Positions 42,395-50,967 of a stretch of DNA of 64,000 bases are shown here, piece after piece; the first letter of the stretch is position 1; every line of letters begins with the position of its first letter. Both the position numbers and the translations under genes were made by a program. The stretch lies in NCBI GenBank assembly GCA_044221725.1, contig JBGAON010000003.1, positions 384,001 to 448,000 on the forward strand, written 5' to 3'. The notes beneath the pieces were generated by a model. It was not told the origin of the DNA and did not search any database. It saw nothing but the letters and a program-made list of their open reading frames with translations. The stretch comes from Elusimicrobiota bacterium. GTDB taxonomy: Bacteria > Elusimicrobiota > Elusimicrobia > F11.

Positions 42395-43681
42395 CTATTG
42401 CGAACGTTCGCGAGCGGCCAAATCCTTTAATGACATGCCTTCCTCATTTTGCCGCGAGCGGTGTTTGCTGCTACCAATTCTTTGCGAATGATAAATGCCG
42501 GCGTGCCCGGAAAACAAATAGGCTGATACGCAGGCGACCGCCATATAGATGGCGGATTCATGCCCGAAGAGTTCGATTCCCATGAGCGTGCAAGCGAGCG
42601 GTACGTTGGCGGCGCCCGCAAAAATTGCTGAAAAGCCCATGCCCGCCAAGAGTGGCATTGGTAGCGGAATTAATCGTGACAGCGCGTTTCCGAGCGTCGC
42701 ACCGATGAAAAATAGAGGCGTGACTTCCCCTCCCTTGAAACCGGATCCGAGCGTCAACACGGTCGTGAAAAATTTCCCCGCGAAATCCCAGGGCGGCAAG
42801 CGTTCGTCAAATGCACCGTGAATCACCGGAAGGCCAAGCCCAATGTAGCGTGTTGACTGCGTTAGAAAAACAAGAAGCGCCACAACGATTCCGCCAATGA
42901 ACGGCCGCAGCGGTGGGTAGCTCACATTTTTCTTGAAGGCCGCATCAACACCGTGCGCCGCTTTTGCAAAGAGCATTCCAACAATTCCAAACAGAATGCC
43001 AGCGACGACCGCCCAGCAAAGCCCGACCGGAGTCACGTTTGGACTTAACGGAATTTTGTACATGGTGTGCTGAACGCCGAGCAGTGCTGCGATCCAATGT
43101 CCGACGATGGAAGCGACCAAGCACGGAAACAATGCCTCGTACCGAAGCCGACCAATCGCAAGCACTTCAAGTCCAAAGACCGTCCCCGCCAAAGGGGTGC
43201 CAAACACGGAGGCAAATCCGCCGCTCAAACCGGCCATGAGAACAATTCGCCGATCTTCTTTTGATAATCCCAGCGGTCGACAAAGCTGATCGGCTAACGA
43301 ACCGCCCATTTGAACGGCTGTCCCTTCGCGGCCCGCCGATCCGCCGAACAAATGCGTAACAATGCTGCTGACGAGGATGAGCGGCGCCATGAGCAGTGGA
43401 ATTGTGTGCTGCGGATCGTGCACTTCGTCCAAAATGAGGTTGTTGCCGGCTTCGACGTCTTTGCCGATTTTGTGATACGTCCAGCCAACGACGAGTCCAG
43501 CGACGGGCAAACATGCGATGATCCAAACATGTTGCTCGCGCCAATGCGTGACCCGATCAAGTGATTTAAGAAACAGCGCGGAGGCGAGACCAGCAAAAAT
43601 ACCGATCACGGATGCGATCAGCAACCACTTAATCACATCGGGAAATACATCAAACTGTTCGTAGCGGTGAGGGATCTTCAT
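42395..43681 (-). CDS. CLC-F type fluoride/proton antiporter (EriC family)
   Basis: CLC-F signatures GNNLI, GREGT and GEVTP. Confidence 0.88.
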   Translation of the reverse strand: MKIPHRYEQFDVFPDVIKWLLIASVIGIFAGLASALFLKSLDRVTHWREQHVWIIACLPVAGLVVGWTYHKIGKDVEAGNNLILDEVHDPQHTIPLLMAPLILVSSIVTHLFGGSAGREGTAVQMGGSLADQLCRPLGLSKEDRRIVLMAGLSGGFASVFGTPLAGTVFGLEVLAIGRLRYEALFPCLVASIVGHWIAALLGVQHTMYKIPLSPNVTPVGLCWAVVAGILFGIVGMLFAKAAHGVDAAFKKNVSYPPLRPFIGGIVVALLVFLTQSTRYIGLGLPVIHGAFDERLPPWDFAGKFFTTVLTLGSGFKGGEVTPLFFIGATLGNALSRLIPLPMPLLAGMGFSAIFAGAANVPLACTLMGIELFGHESAIYMAVACVSAYLFSGHAGIYHSQRIGSSKHRSRQNEEGMSLKDLAARERSQ

Positions 43682-43714
43682 TCCGGACTTAAATAAGATA
43701 TTCGTCCGCTGATT

Positions 43715-45859
43715 TCAATTCGTCTTAGCTTCTTCGCGGATGGGAAGCGTGAAGTAAAATGTTGAACCTTTGCCGAGATAGGAATTAGCCCAAATTTTCC
43801 CACCCTCTTTTTCAATAATTTTTTTGCAAATAGCCAAGCCGATTCCGCTTCCCGGCTTACCGGCGGTGTGGTCTCTGTGGAAGATGTTGAAAATCTGTTT
43901 TGCCTGTTTTGGGTCAAAACCAATTCCATTGTCTTTAATTCGAAAAACCCAAAAGCCGCCGTCCCGTCTGGCGGAAATATTAATTGTTGCCTGTTCCTTC
44001 CAACAGTATTTTATGGCGTTCCCGATTAGATTCGTCATGAGTTGAATCATGTGAACTTTGCGGGCATTGATCGTTGGAAGCTCCGTCGTGCTGATGTTCA
44101 GGCGAACTCCCTGGCTTTGAACGCCAAGGTCCTCAAGAGTCTCGCGCACAACGTCGCGCATCTCAACCGGTCCGAATCCTTCCGAAGTTCGCGTGGCCTT
44201 CGAATATTCCAGTAGATCGGCAATGAGGCGACTCATTTTCAAAGCGGAATTTTGCATCCGACCTAGGTGTTCCAGCGCATTGGTGGCGTTTGATTGGAAA
44301 TTTGTCGCAACCAAATCGCCGAACGAGATAATCTTTCTCAACGGCGATTGCAGGTCATGAGAAACCATATGAGCGAAATCTTCGAGATCTTTATTTGATT
44401 TGGCCAGTGTGTCCGCGTGTGTCCTCAAAATTTCGTCCATGCGAAAACGTTCAATGAAATCGACCGCCTGCCGCACGTACAGGTTCAGTCGACGCAAATC
44501 CTGTTCGTTCGAGCGGTGCGGAGATCGCCAGTGCGTCGACAGAATTCCGATGAGTTTGCCATTTGATCCCACGAGCGGGGTCGATTGGACGCCACGGTAT
44601 CCGGCTGCCCGAGCAACTGACCGCAGCGGCTCGTACTCAGCATCCGTCTCCACATCCTCAATGACGACCCGTTGACCGCCACGCAATGCTCGTCCACAGG
44701 CCGATGTGTCCTCTGAGCTCACTTCCCTAAAAAAATCGAGAAAATCCTGCTTACTGTCTTGGTGCGACGCAATTCGAAGCACTCGACCGTCGGAATTAAG
44801 TAACTGAATGTTGCCCATGTCAGCCCCGAGTATTTCAATGCCCGCTGCGAGAATTTCATCGAGTCCCTTTTGGAAATCACGTATCTGCCACAATCGTGAT
44901 CCAAGCGTATTAAGCTTGGCGAGGGCTTCCGTTTCCATTTTCAAGTGATCCTCGCTCGCGAGAAGCGCCTGTTCGGCATTTTTGCGGCCAATTAAATTGG
45001 CCGTTTGGCGAACGAGCATATCCAGTAACCAAAGTTCGTGTTCGTCCGGAAAGTGAAGTTCTGTCCACTGGGTTGTGAGAACACCAAGAAGGGCGCCCGT
45101 GTGGCTAATCATCGGAGTCGACTGAATCGACCGTATCCCGGCTTTGCGCAAAATCTCGAGAGAACGCGTGCTGCGAAACATGTCGCTCTTTTCTATGTCG
45201 GCAATGACCACTCTTTGAGATTTCTTTAAAGCTTCTCCGCAGACAGACGCGACTTTTTCGGCTTCTGCGAAATACTCAAGAAAATATGGATCATGCGCAT
45301 GGTGAGCCACAATCCGCAGAGAATCCCCCTCCACTATCTGCAATGTGCCCTTGGGGGCTTTCATGAGCAAAACGGCGGTATCCATGACGTCCTGATACAT
45401 GGACTGCGATTCTTGGGCGTTCAGGAGTTTTTCGCTAAGAGTGTGTAGCTCAGTCAGAGCAGTTAAGTCCGCCGCTTTCCGATCTGCGGCCGCCTGCAAG
45501 CGTTGGTTGGACCGGCGGACCATCTCGCCCAGGCAGATAACAATGCCCGAGGAGATCACATAACCACTTAGCAGACGCCATAAGACCGGGAAGGGCACAT
45601 GGAAAGAATTTCTCGGGAAGATTAAAAAATAGTCCGCGACCAGGAATCCGATAATCGCTGCAAGAGTTGCGGGTTTCCAGCCGCCAATCAAGACAGACAA
45701 CCCCAGTCCACCAAAGAGAAAGACAAATACGAAATGCTCTTCCAGAAATGGATCGTTTAGCCACCGGAAGAGGAGCGCTAGTCCAACCATCGCGAGTGCA
45801 GCGCAATAACGCAAAATGGGATGCTTTTTCAGAACTTCGTTAGGGTTCGTTGTGGCCAC
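43715..45859 (-). CDS. Histidine kinase with DUF4118-like membrane domain and two GAF domains
   Basis: N-terminal TMs; two similar GAF units (CG.AL...RVVI.D, QSTP...G.L.THW); SHDLQSPLR; DNGIG; GSGIGL. Confidence 0.9.
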   Translation of the reverse strand: MATTNPNEVLKKHPILRYCAALAMVGLALLFRWLNDPFLEEHFVFVFLFGGLGLSVLIGGWKPATLAAIIGFLVADYFLIFPRNSFHVPFPVLWRLLSGYVISSGIVICLGEMVRRSNQRLQAAADRKAADLTALTELHTLSEKLLNAQESQSMYQDVMDTAVLLMKAPKGTLQIVEGDSLRIVAHHAHDPYFLEYFAEAEKVASVCGEALKKSQRVVIADIEKSDMFRSTRSLEILRKAGIRSIQSTPMISHTGALLGVLTTQWTELHFPDEHELWLLDMLVRQTANLIGRKNAEQALLASEDHLKMETEALAKLNTLGSRLWQIRDFQKGLDEILAAGIEILGADMGNIQLLNSDGRVLRIASHQDSKQDFLDFFREVSSEDTSACGRALRGGQRVVIEDVETDAEYEPLRSVARAAGYRGVQSTPLVGSNGKLIGILSTHWRSPHRSNEQDLRRLNLYVRQAVDFIERFRMDEILRTHADTLAKSNKDLEDFAHMVSHDLQSPLRKIISFGDLVATNFQSNATNALEHLGRMQNSALKMSRLIADLLEYSKATRTSEGFGPVEMRDVVRETLEDLGVQSQGVRLNISTTELPTINARKVHMIQLMTNLIGNAIKYCWKEQATINISARRDGGFWVFRIKDNGIGFDPKQAKQIFNIFHRDHTAGKPGSGIGLAICKKIIEKEGGKIWANSYLGKGSTFYFTLPIREEAKTN

Positions 45860-46144
45860 CTCGCCGCCGCAAATTTACCTGCCCAGCGCGCAACGCATGA
45901 ATGCCAAGGCAGGACAGCTAAATTTTATCACACGCACAAGAGGCACAGACTTGGACTTGTCGGATTATTATTCCGATCGCACGGGTGCGAAGGGTAACTA
46001 TGTGCCAGGAATGATCAATCCGTCCCCATTCGACGCTTATGTCGAGTTCGTCAAAGCGTTGTTTTATGCCTTCTACGTCAATTGTCTTCTAAATCTTCTA
46101 GCCCGAGAGCAATGGAGTCAACCGCGTTTTTTAACAGCTCATGG

Positions 46145-46786
46145 TCAACGCTCGCCATTGCCTTCCCGCTCATTGGAGCACTCTTTGATGAATTGAATTA
46201 GTTCACGATAATTTTCTTGATCCGCACTCTTCATCGACTTGATGTATCGCTTGCGGACGTCGTCCCCTCGTTCCATGCGTTGAATTTGTGGCCATTGTGG
46301 CAGAGGATTTTTTCTCGAACGGAAAAAGATATCGGTCATTAGTCTGGCATGACGGCCGTTCCCGTTCTTGAAAGGGTGAACCTTCGTCAGTCGATTTTGA
46401 AGACGCGCAGCGATTTCCAAAATCGGCATCGAAGCTTTCGGAGAATTCCAAAACACAAAGTCGCCGCAGAGCACCTTCACCTGTTCGGGCACTTTGTGCC
46501 AGTCGACGCCCATGTTCACGTTTCCCGTGCGATATTTGCCCGCCCAATCCCAAATCTCACCGAACATATCCAAGTGAACACGACGGATAAATTCTTCTGT
46601 AAGCCATGTGCCGTCGGCAGCTTTTCGTCGAGCGCGATGGACGTGCTTCTCATAGGCACGGTCAATTGCTTCTAACTCCGCAGCATCACGAGCGCGTTTA
46701 TCTGCGAGTTGTGGCTGAATAAGGCCGGATTCGTCGTCGCCGGCCGTTGCGCCAGCTGTCTTTGAATCGTCAGTCATTTTTGTCAC
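46145..46786 (-). CDS. Mobile mystery protein B (Fic domain)
   Basis: MFGEIWDWAGKYR and Fic motif HPFKNGNGRHAR; overlaps the upstream HTH gene. Confidence 0.88.
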   Translation of the reverse strand: MTKMTDDSKTAGATAGDDESGLIQPQLADKRARDAAELEAIDRAYEKHVHRARRKAADGTWLTEEFIRRVHLDMFGEIWDWAGKYRTGNVNMGVDWHKVPEQVKVLCGDFVFWNSPKASMPILEIAARLQNRLTKVHPFKNGNGRHARLMTDIFFRSRKNPLPQWPQIQRMERGDDVRKRYIKSMKSADQENYRELIQFIKECSNEREGNGER

Positions 46787-47237
46787 GCCACAAACGTTCG
46801 CGTTTGTCTTGGATTATCTCGTCCGTTCGTTTCTCTAGGAGACTCTTAAATATCTCGGAATCCGGCGCCTGCTCTTCAAGAGCCATTGTTCCCATGGACT
46901 GTTTGAGTCGTCGTAAGGCCACGGCACGCGCACGATCGCGCAACAAGTCTTCGAGCGGCTTGATTGGGCGTGGCTGTACAACGAGGTCAGACGATAGCGC
47001 CTTGAATACTTTTTTTAGGGTGCTGATTTGCGGATCGATCTTTCCGGCTTCGATACTTGCGATATGCGACTGTGGCATCTTCGCTCGTTTTGCGAGTTCG
47101 GCTTGAGTCATTCGAAGGGAGGTTCGAAGTATGCGAACCCAATCGGAAAAAGACGGGGCCCATGTCGGCTGCTCATTTTGAGTCGCCAAGTGGGAAAGAG
47201 AAAGGTCCTCCACGATGTTTAATTTTTTTCGTCTCAT
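46770..47237 (-). CDS. Mobile mystery protein A (XRE HTH)
   Basis: WVRILRTSLRMTQAELAKR HTH; TMALEEQ and terminal LW; paired with the Fic gene. Confidence 0.85.
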   Translation of the reverse strand: MRRKKLNIVEDLSLSHLATQNEQPTWAPSFSDWVRILRTSLRMTQAELAKRAKMPQSHIASIEAGKIDPQISTLKKVFKALSSDLVVQPRPIKPLEDLLRDRARAVALRRLKQSMGTMALEEQAPDSEIFKSLLEKRTDEIIQDKRERLWRDKND

Positions 47238-47248
47238 AATACGAATTT

Positions 47249-47330
47249 ATATGTTTAAATAGATTATATCAACACATAAAAATATATTTAAGTAGATAAA
47301 ATATAGCGTAAAAATAGCAGTTAAATAGAT
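47249..47330. promoter_or_regulatory. Three operator-like repeats at 33-bp period
   Basis: TTAARTAGAT starts at 47255, 47288 and 47321. The first two lie in 14/16 matches to the palindrome ATCTATTTAAATAGAT. Confidence 0.6.
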
Positions 47331-47551
47331 CATAAGCCGCGGAAATGCCTGAAAACCAATCGAAAATGTGGGTATGAGAGCACATGCGAGATTGTGAAGA
47401 GGTCGATTCCCTTCATAGTTGTTCCACTTCAAACGGCGTTTGATTGGGATGCTTGTGAGGGGCGCGGCGTAATCTGATATGCCATGAAGTGTAAACTACG
47501 TGCCGGGTATGAAGTGTTACCCATGTCTTCGGTATTGACAAAGTACAAAGG

Positions 47552-47598
47552 TTTCGGAGCGGCGGGAATTGAACCCGCGACCTCACCCACCCCAAGGG
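47552..47598 (-). repeat. att site: displaced 3' half of tRNA-Pro(GGG)
   Basis: tttcggagcggcgggaattgaacccgcgacctcacccaccccaaggg; 45/47 identical to 59354-59400. Confidence 0.95.
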
Positions 47599-47639
47599 CG
47601 ATAGAGGTGCTTCCGACGAGTTGTGATTCAAGCATTTTC

Positions 47640-47667
47640 ATTCTACCGGTTCCATATTGGTTCCAGT
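47640..47667. repeat. Arm-type repeat, copy 1
   Basis: ATTCTACCGGTTCCATATTGGTTCCAGT; 24/28 identical to 59239-59266; contains two tandem 11-mers. Confidence 0.75.
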
Positions 47668-47680
47668 AATGTTCAAAAAA

Positions 47681-49828
47681 TCAGTCTAAAAACGTCAGCT
47701 GTTTTGACGTGCTAATGACCTTTGGAAGTCTCCACCTTGAACACATTCGACATCCAGCCTTGGCCCTATTGAGTACGGTGGCTTCCCACTCATGTCCATT
47801 CTTACATTGCCACCAAACTTTATTACTGGAATATGGCTTTACATCCCCGGGTGTTAGTTTCCCATTCATTGTTGGATGCCACTCTTGGGCAAGATGTGGT
47901 TTCTTGGCGGCTAATGATGTCTCGCTGGTAGCACGTCGCCCTGAACAAAACGGGCAACCAGTACCGTTAAACCTATCAACAACCTTTGCGTTCCACTCAT
48001 GGCCCTTATTGCATTGCCACCAAACTCTTCTATGCGATCCGGCGAGTAAGTTTTCAGGAGTTAAGTCGCCATTTATCGTTAGATGCAACTCTTTTGCTAA
48101 TTTTGGATTCTTAATGGCCAAGCAATTATCCGCACAAACTTTCTTGTTACCGCAATACGGACATCCCCTCCCTGCTGATCTATTGCCTATTGATGAGACC
48201 CATTCATGGCCTTTTTGGCATTGCCACCAAACTTTTTTATTGGATCGGAACGTCACATCGCCAGAGGTTAGCGTACCGTTTTTAGATGGATGCCACTCTT
48301 GAGCTAACAGAGGTTTTTTAGTTGCAAGCGATGTCTCTTTTGTTGCTCTCAACCCCGAACAATATGGACAATTATGACCCGCTGACCTATTGTTGGATGC
48401 GGCTTCCCACTCATGTCCCTTCTCACACATCCACCAAACTTTTTTATTTGAAAAAGGTACGACGTCGTGGGCCGTCAGTACTCCATTCCTTGTTGGATGC
48501 CACTCGTTCGCTAATTTTGGATTGATTGCGGCTAAGCTGTTATCGCCGCAAACTTTCTTATTGCCACAATACGGACATTTCGTTTTACTCGCCGTCCTAT
48601 CACTGATTTTTGCTTCCCACTCATGTCCCTTTTGGCATTGCCACCATACCCGCGAATTTGACATTGGAGTTACGTCACTTGGTGTTAGCTTGCCGTTTTT
48701 GGACGAATGCCACTCTCGGGCGAGTTTGGTATTTAGATCGGCCACAGAAGTACCGGGGAAAGGCGAAGGAAGCATGTCTAACAAGTTTTTGAATGCTTCA
48801 TCATTCGCTAACCCAGATTTTTTCAAGTACGCATCTACTCTTAATTGATCGGGTTCGGAGAGAGTGCAAATCTCTTTAATGCCTTTAAGCAGAGAATCTA
48901 TCAACGGTTTTTCTTTCTTCTTTGTGAAATCGAAGGTAACATCATAGTTGGAGATTGTGTCTAATCCTTTTTCTCGCACTCGAATAAGTTTTACACCCTT
49001 TTTTTCAAGGAATAGATTTTTGGCGTGATCCTTCTTGTGCTTATCTTTATGCCAATACACCCCGTCATATTCCAATCCCACCATTAGCGAAGGTATGTAA
49101 ATATCACACTCAACTTTATTGATTTTTTCTCTATGTCTGGTGTCAGGAAAAATATGGCTAAGCTCCGTGTAAATTCTTAACTCCATTAGTGATGTCTTAT
49201 TGGTACAGAAGGAACAACCTGTTCCGCGTCCCGATCTGCTACATACACTTGCTATGTATTCGTGGCCTTTCTTGCATATCCACCATATTTTCCTACCAGA
49301 GGCCGATGTCGCATCATTAGGTGTCAAAATTCCGTTTTTGGATGGATGCCATTCCTTCGCTAATTTCGGGTGCTTATTGGCCAAGCAATTATCCACACAA
49401 ACTTTTTTACTGGCACAAAAGGGACAGCCAATTCCATTTGATCTACTTTTAACAATCGCTTCCCAAGCATGACCTTTATGACATAGCCACCAAATCATTT
49501 TCTTTGATCCAGTCGTTATATGGTCAGGCGTCAAGAATTCGTTCTTAGTGGGATGCCATTCTTTGGACAAGGTAGGATTGAGTGTGGCCAAAGAGTTACC
49601 TTCATACACTTTCTGATTTACACAATAGGGACAGCCCCGGCCATGCTGACTTCTATTGCTAATAATACTCTCCCACTCATGCCCTTTTTTGCAATGCCAC
49701 CAAACCCGTTTATGTGACATTGGGCCGACATCCGTAGGCGACAAGGTGCCATTTTTGGATGGATGCCATTCTTGGGATAGCAAGGGGTGAACTACGAATA
49801 AATTATGCTGACTCGTGACTTTGGACAT
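47681..49828 (-). CDS. Zinc-ribbon (DUF4379-like) repeat protein with central Vsr/DUF559-like endonuclease domain
   Basis: Eight ~68-aa repeats (EWHPxKN...WWxCxKGHEW...CPxC), 3 before and 5 after a domain with S..E...DIYIP...EYDGVYWH...D..K......G..LIRVRE. Confidence 0.85.
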   Translation of the reverse strand: MSKVTSQHNLFVVHPLLSQEWHPSKNGTLSPTDVGPMSHKRVWWHCKKGHEWESIISNRSQHGRGCPYCVNQKVYEGNSLATLNPTLSKEWHPTKNEFLTPDHITTGSKKMIWWLCHKGHAWEAIVKSRSNGIGCPFCASKKVCVDNCLANKHPKLAKEWHPSKNGILTPNDATSASGRKIWWICKKGHEYIASVCSRSGRGTGCSFCTNKTSLMELRIYTELSHIFPDTRHREKINKVECDIYIPSLMVGLEYDGVYWHKDKHKKDHAKNLFLEKKGVKLIRVREKGLDTISNYDVTFDFTKKKEKPLIDSLLKGIKEICTLSEPDQLRVDAYLKKSGLANDEAFKNLLDMLPSPFPGTSVADLNTKLAREWHSSKNGKLTPSDVTPMSNSRVWWQCQKGHEWEAKISDRTASKTKCPYCGNKKVCGDNSLAAINPKLANEWHPTRNGVLTAHDVVPFSNKKVWWMCEKGHEWEAASNNRSAGHNCPYCSGLRATKETSLATKKPLLAQEWHPSKNGTLTSGDVTFRSNKKVWWQCQKGHEWVSSIGNRSAGRGCPYCGNKKVCADNCLAIKNPKLAKELHLTINGDLTPENLLAGSHRRVWWQCNKGHEWNAKVVDRFNGTGCPFCSGRRATSETSLAAKKPHLAQEWHPTMNGKLTPGDVKPYSSNKVWWQCKNGHEWEATVLNRAKAGCRMCSRWRLPKVISTSKQLTFLD

Positions 49829-49840
49829 AAAAAATTTACC

Positions 49841-49865
49841 ACCGGTTCTATATCGGTATTAGTGA
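49841..49865. repeat. Arm-type repeat, degenerate internal copy
   Basis: ACCGGTTCTATATCGGTATTAGTGA; 20/25 identical to 59244-59268. Confidence 0.6.
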
Positions 49866-49872
49866 TTTGGGC

Positions 49873-50964
49873 TTATTTCCCTCTTTCGAGATCAATTTGG
49901 AACTGAATAGCTTCATCAATTCGGTTTTCAGCGTGGGAGGCTAAGATTTCAATTTCGATCAACTTTTTATCTATTTCTAAATACTGATTTATTGCGGAAT
50001 CCAGTGTTGTTGCTTTCTCAAGCAGCTGCATTTCGTTTTTGACTGACGAGAGCATCTCAGAATTATTTTTTGGTTTAAATGATTTATAGGCCTTTTCAAT
50101 CATATTTGTAACCCGTTGTTCAACAAGTCGATATTCTTCGCGCTCTGGTTTGATACCCTCAACTTGGCCGGTTATTCGATAGTTCATTTGTTTTAGATCA
50201 TTTGACAAATCATCTTCGATACCTTGAAGCTCAAAAGCGGCTTTTTTGAAAAGCTCGTCAAGTTCTTGTTCTGTTTTGCAGAAGAGCGAGTTCTCCTTCA
50301 TAAATTCAAATTTTGATATTCGATCCTTAATATCTGCTACAAAAGAGCGCCGCATTTTATCGGTGTCTGCTTCGATACATTTCTCAAAAAATTGGGCAGC
50401 TTCTCTTGCGGCCTTCCCATAATCAATAAAGTTATTTGTCTTAACGAATTTACTTATTGATTTTGATTGGTCTACTGAAATGCCCTCCATGCTGACTTTC
50501 ATTCCTGATCCGCCATTACCAGAAGTGTTTTCAAATAAACGAAGCGTCGAGAGGAAAGCAATACGTGCAATCGTCGAAATGACATTCTGGTTGTGAGTGT
50601 CTCGATGGTATGCTGCATTTCGATAGAAGTTTAAGACTTTAAAAATAATTGCATCTGATTGGGTAAGCAAGCCACTTTTGGACAAACAAAAATCGACTTT
50701 TTCATCAAAAAATCGAAAAACCTTTTGTCGATATTGAGATGAGTATTTTGGAACGGATACTCGTGAAAAATAAATATCTTGATCAAAACTTGAGATAGCT
50801 TCGATAAACATTAAGCCTTCAGCCAGGCTGTGGATCAAAATAATAGCCATGCGAGACTTTTCATGATCATCGGCTTGTATGAGATTACTTACAACATCAA
50901 AATGATCAAGCGATGCTTTGAATCGCTCGAACGTTGGCCTAAAGAGCAAAGCATGTCGTTTCAT
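49873..50964 (-). CDS. Hypothetical protein with HEPN-like N-terminal domain
   Basis: RMAIILIHSLAE helix and R-X4-H motif RNAAYH; helical, charged C-terminal half. Confidence 0.6.
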   Translation of the reverse strand: MKRHALLFRPTFERFKASLDHFDVVSNLIQADDHEKSRMAIILIHSLAEGLMFIEAISSFDQDIYFSRVSVPKYSSQYRQKVFRFFDEKVDFCLSKSGLLTQSDAIIFKVLNFYRNAAYHRDTHNQNVISTIARIAFLSTLRLFENTSGNGGSGMKVSMEGISVDQSKSISKFVKTNNFIDYGKAAREAAQFFEKCIEADTDKMRRSFVADIKDRISKFEFMKENSLFCKTEQELDELFKKAAFELQGIEDDLSNDLKQMNYRITGQVEGIKPEREEYRLVEQRVTNMIEKAYKSFKPKNNSEMLSSVKNEMQLLEKATTLDSAINQYLEIDKKLIEIEILASHAENRIDEAIQFQIDLERGK

Positions 50965-50967
50965 GTT

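Noticed and set aside
45860..46144. Fluoride riboswitch or the 126-aa ORF (45816-46196) in the kinase leader
   Set aside because: No crcB-type consensus recognised; the ORF overlaps both neighbours antisense and lacks protein-like features.
47552..47625. Second complete tRNA-Pro
   Set aside because: Only the 3' half is present; similarity ends at 47598, with no D arm or 5' acceptor strand.
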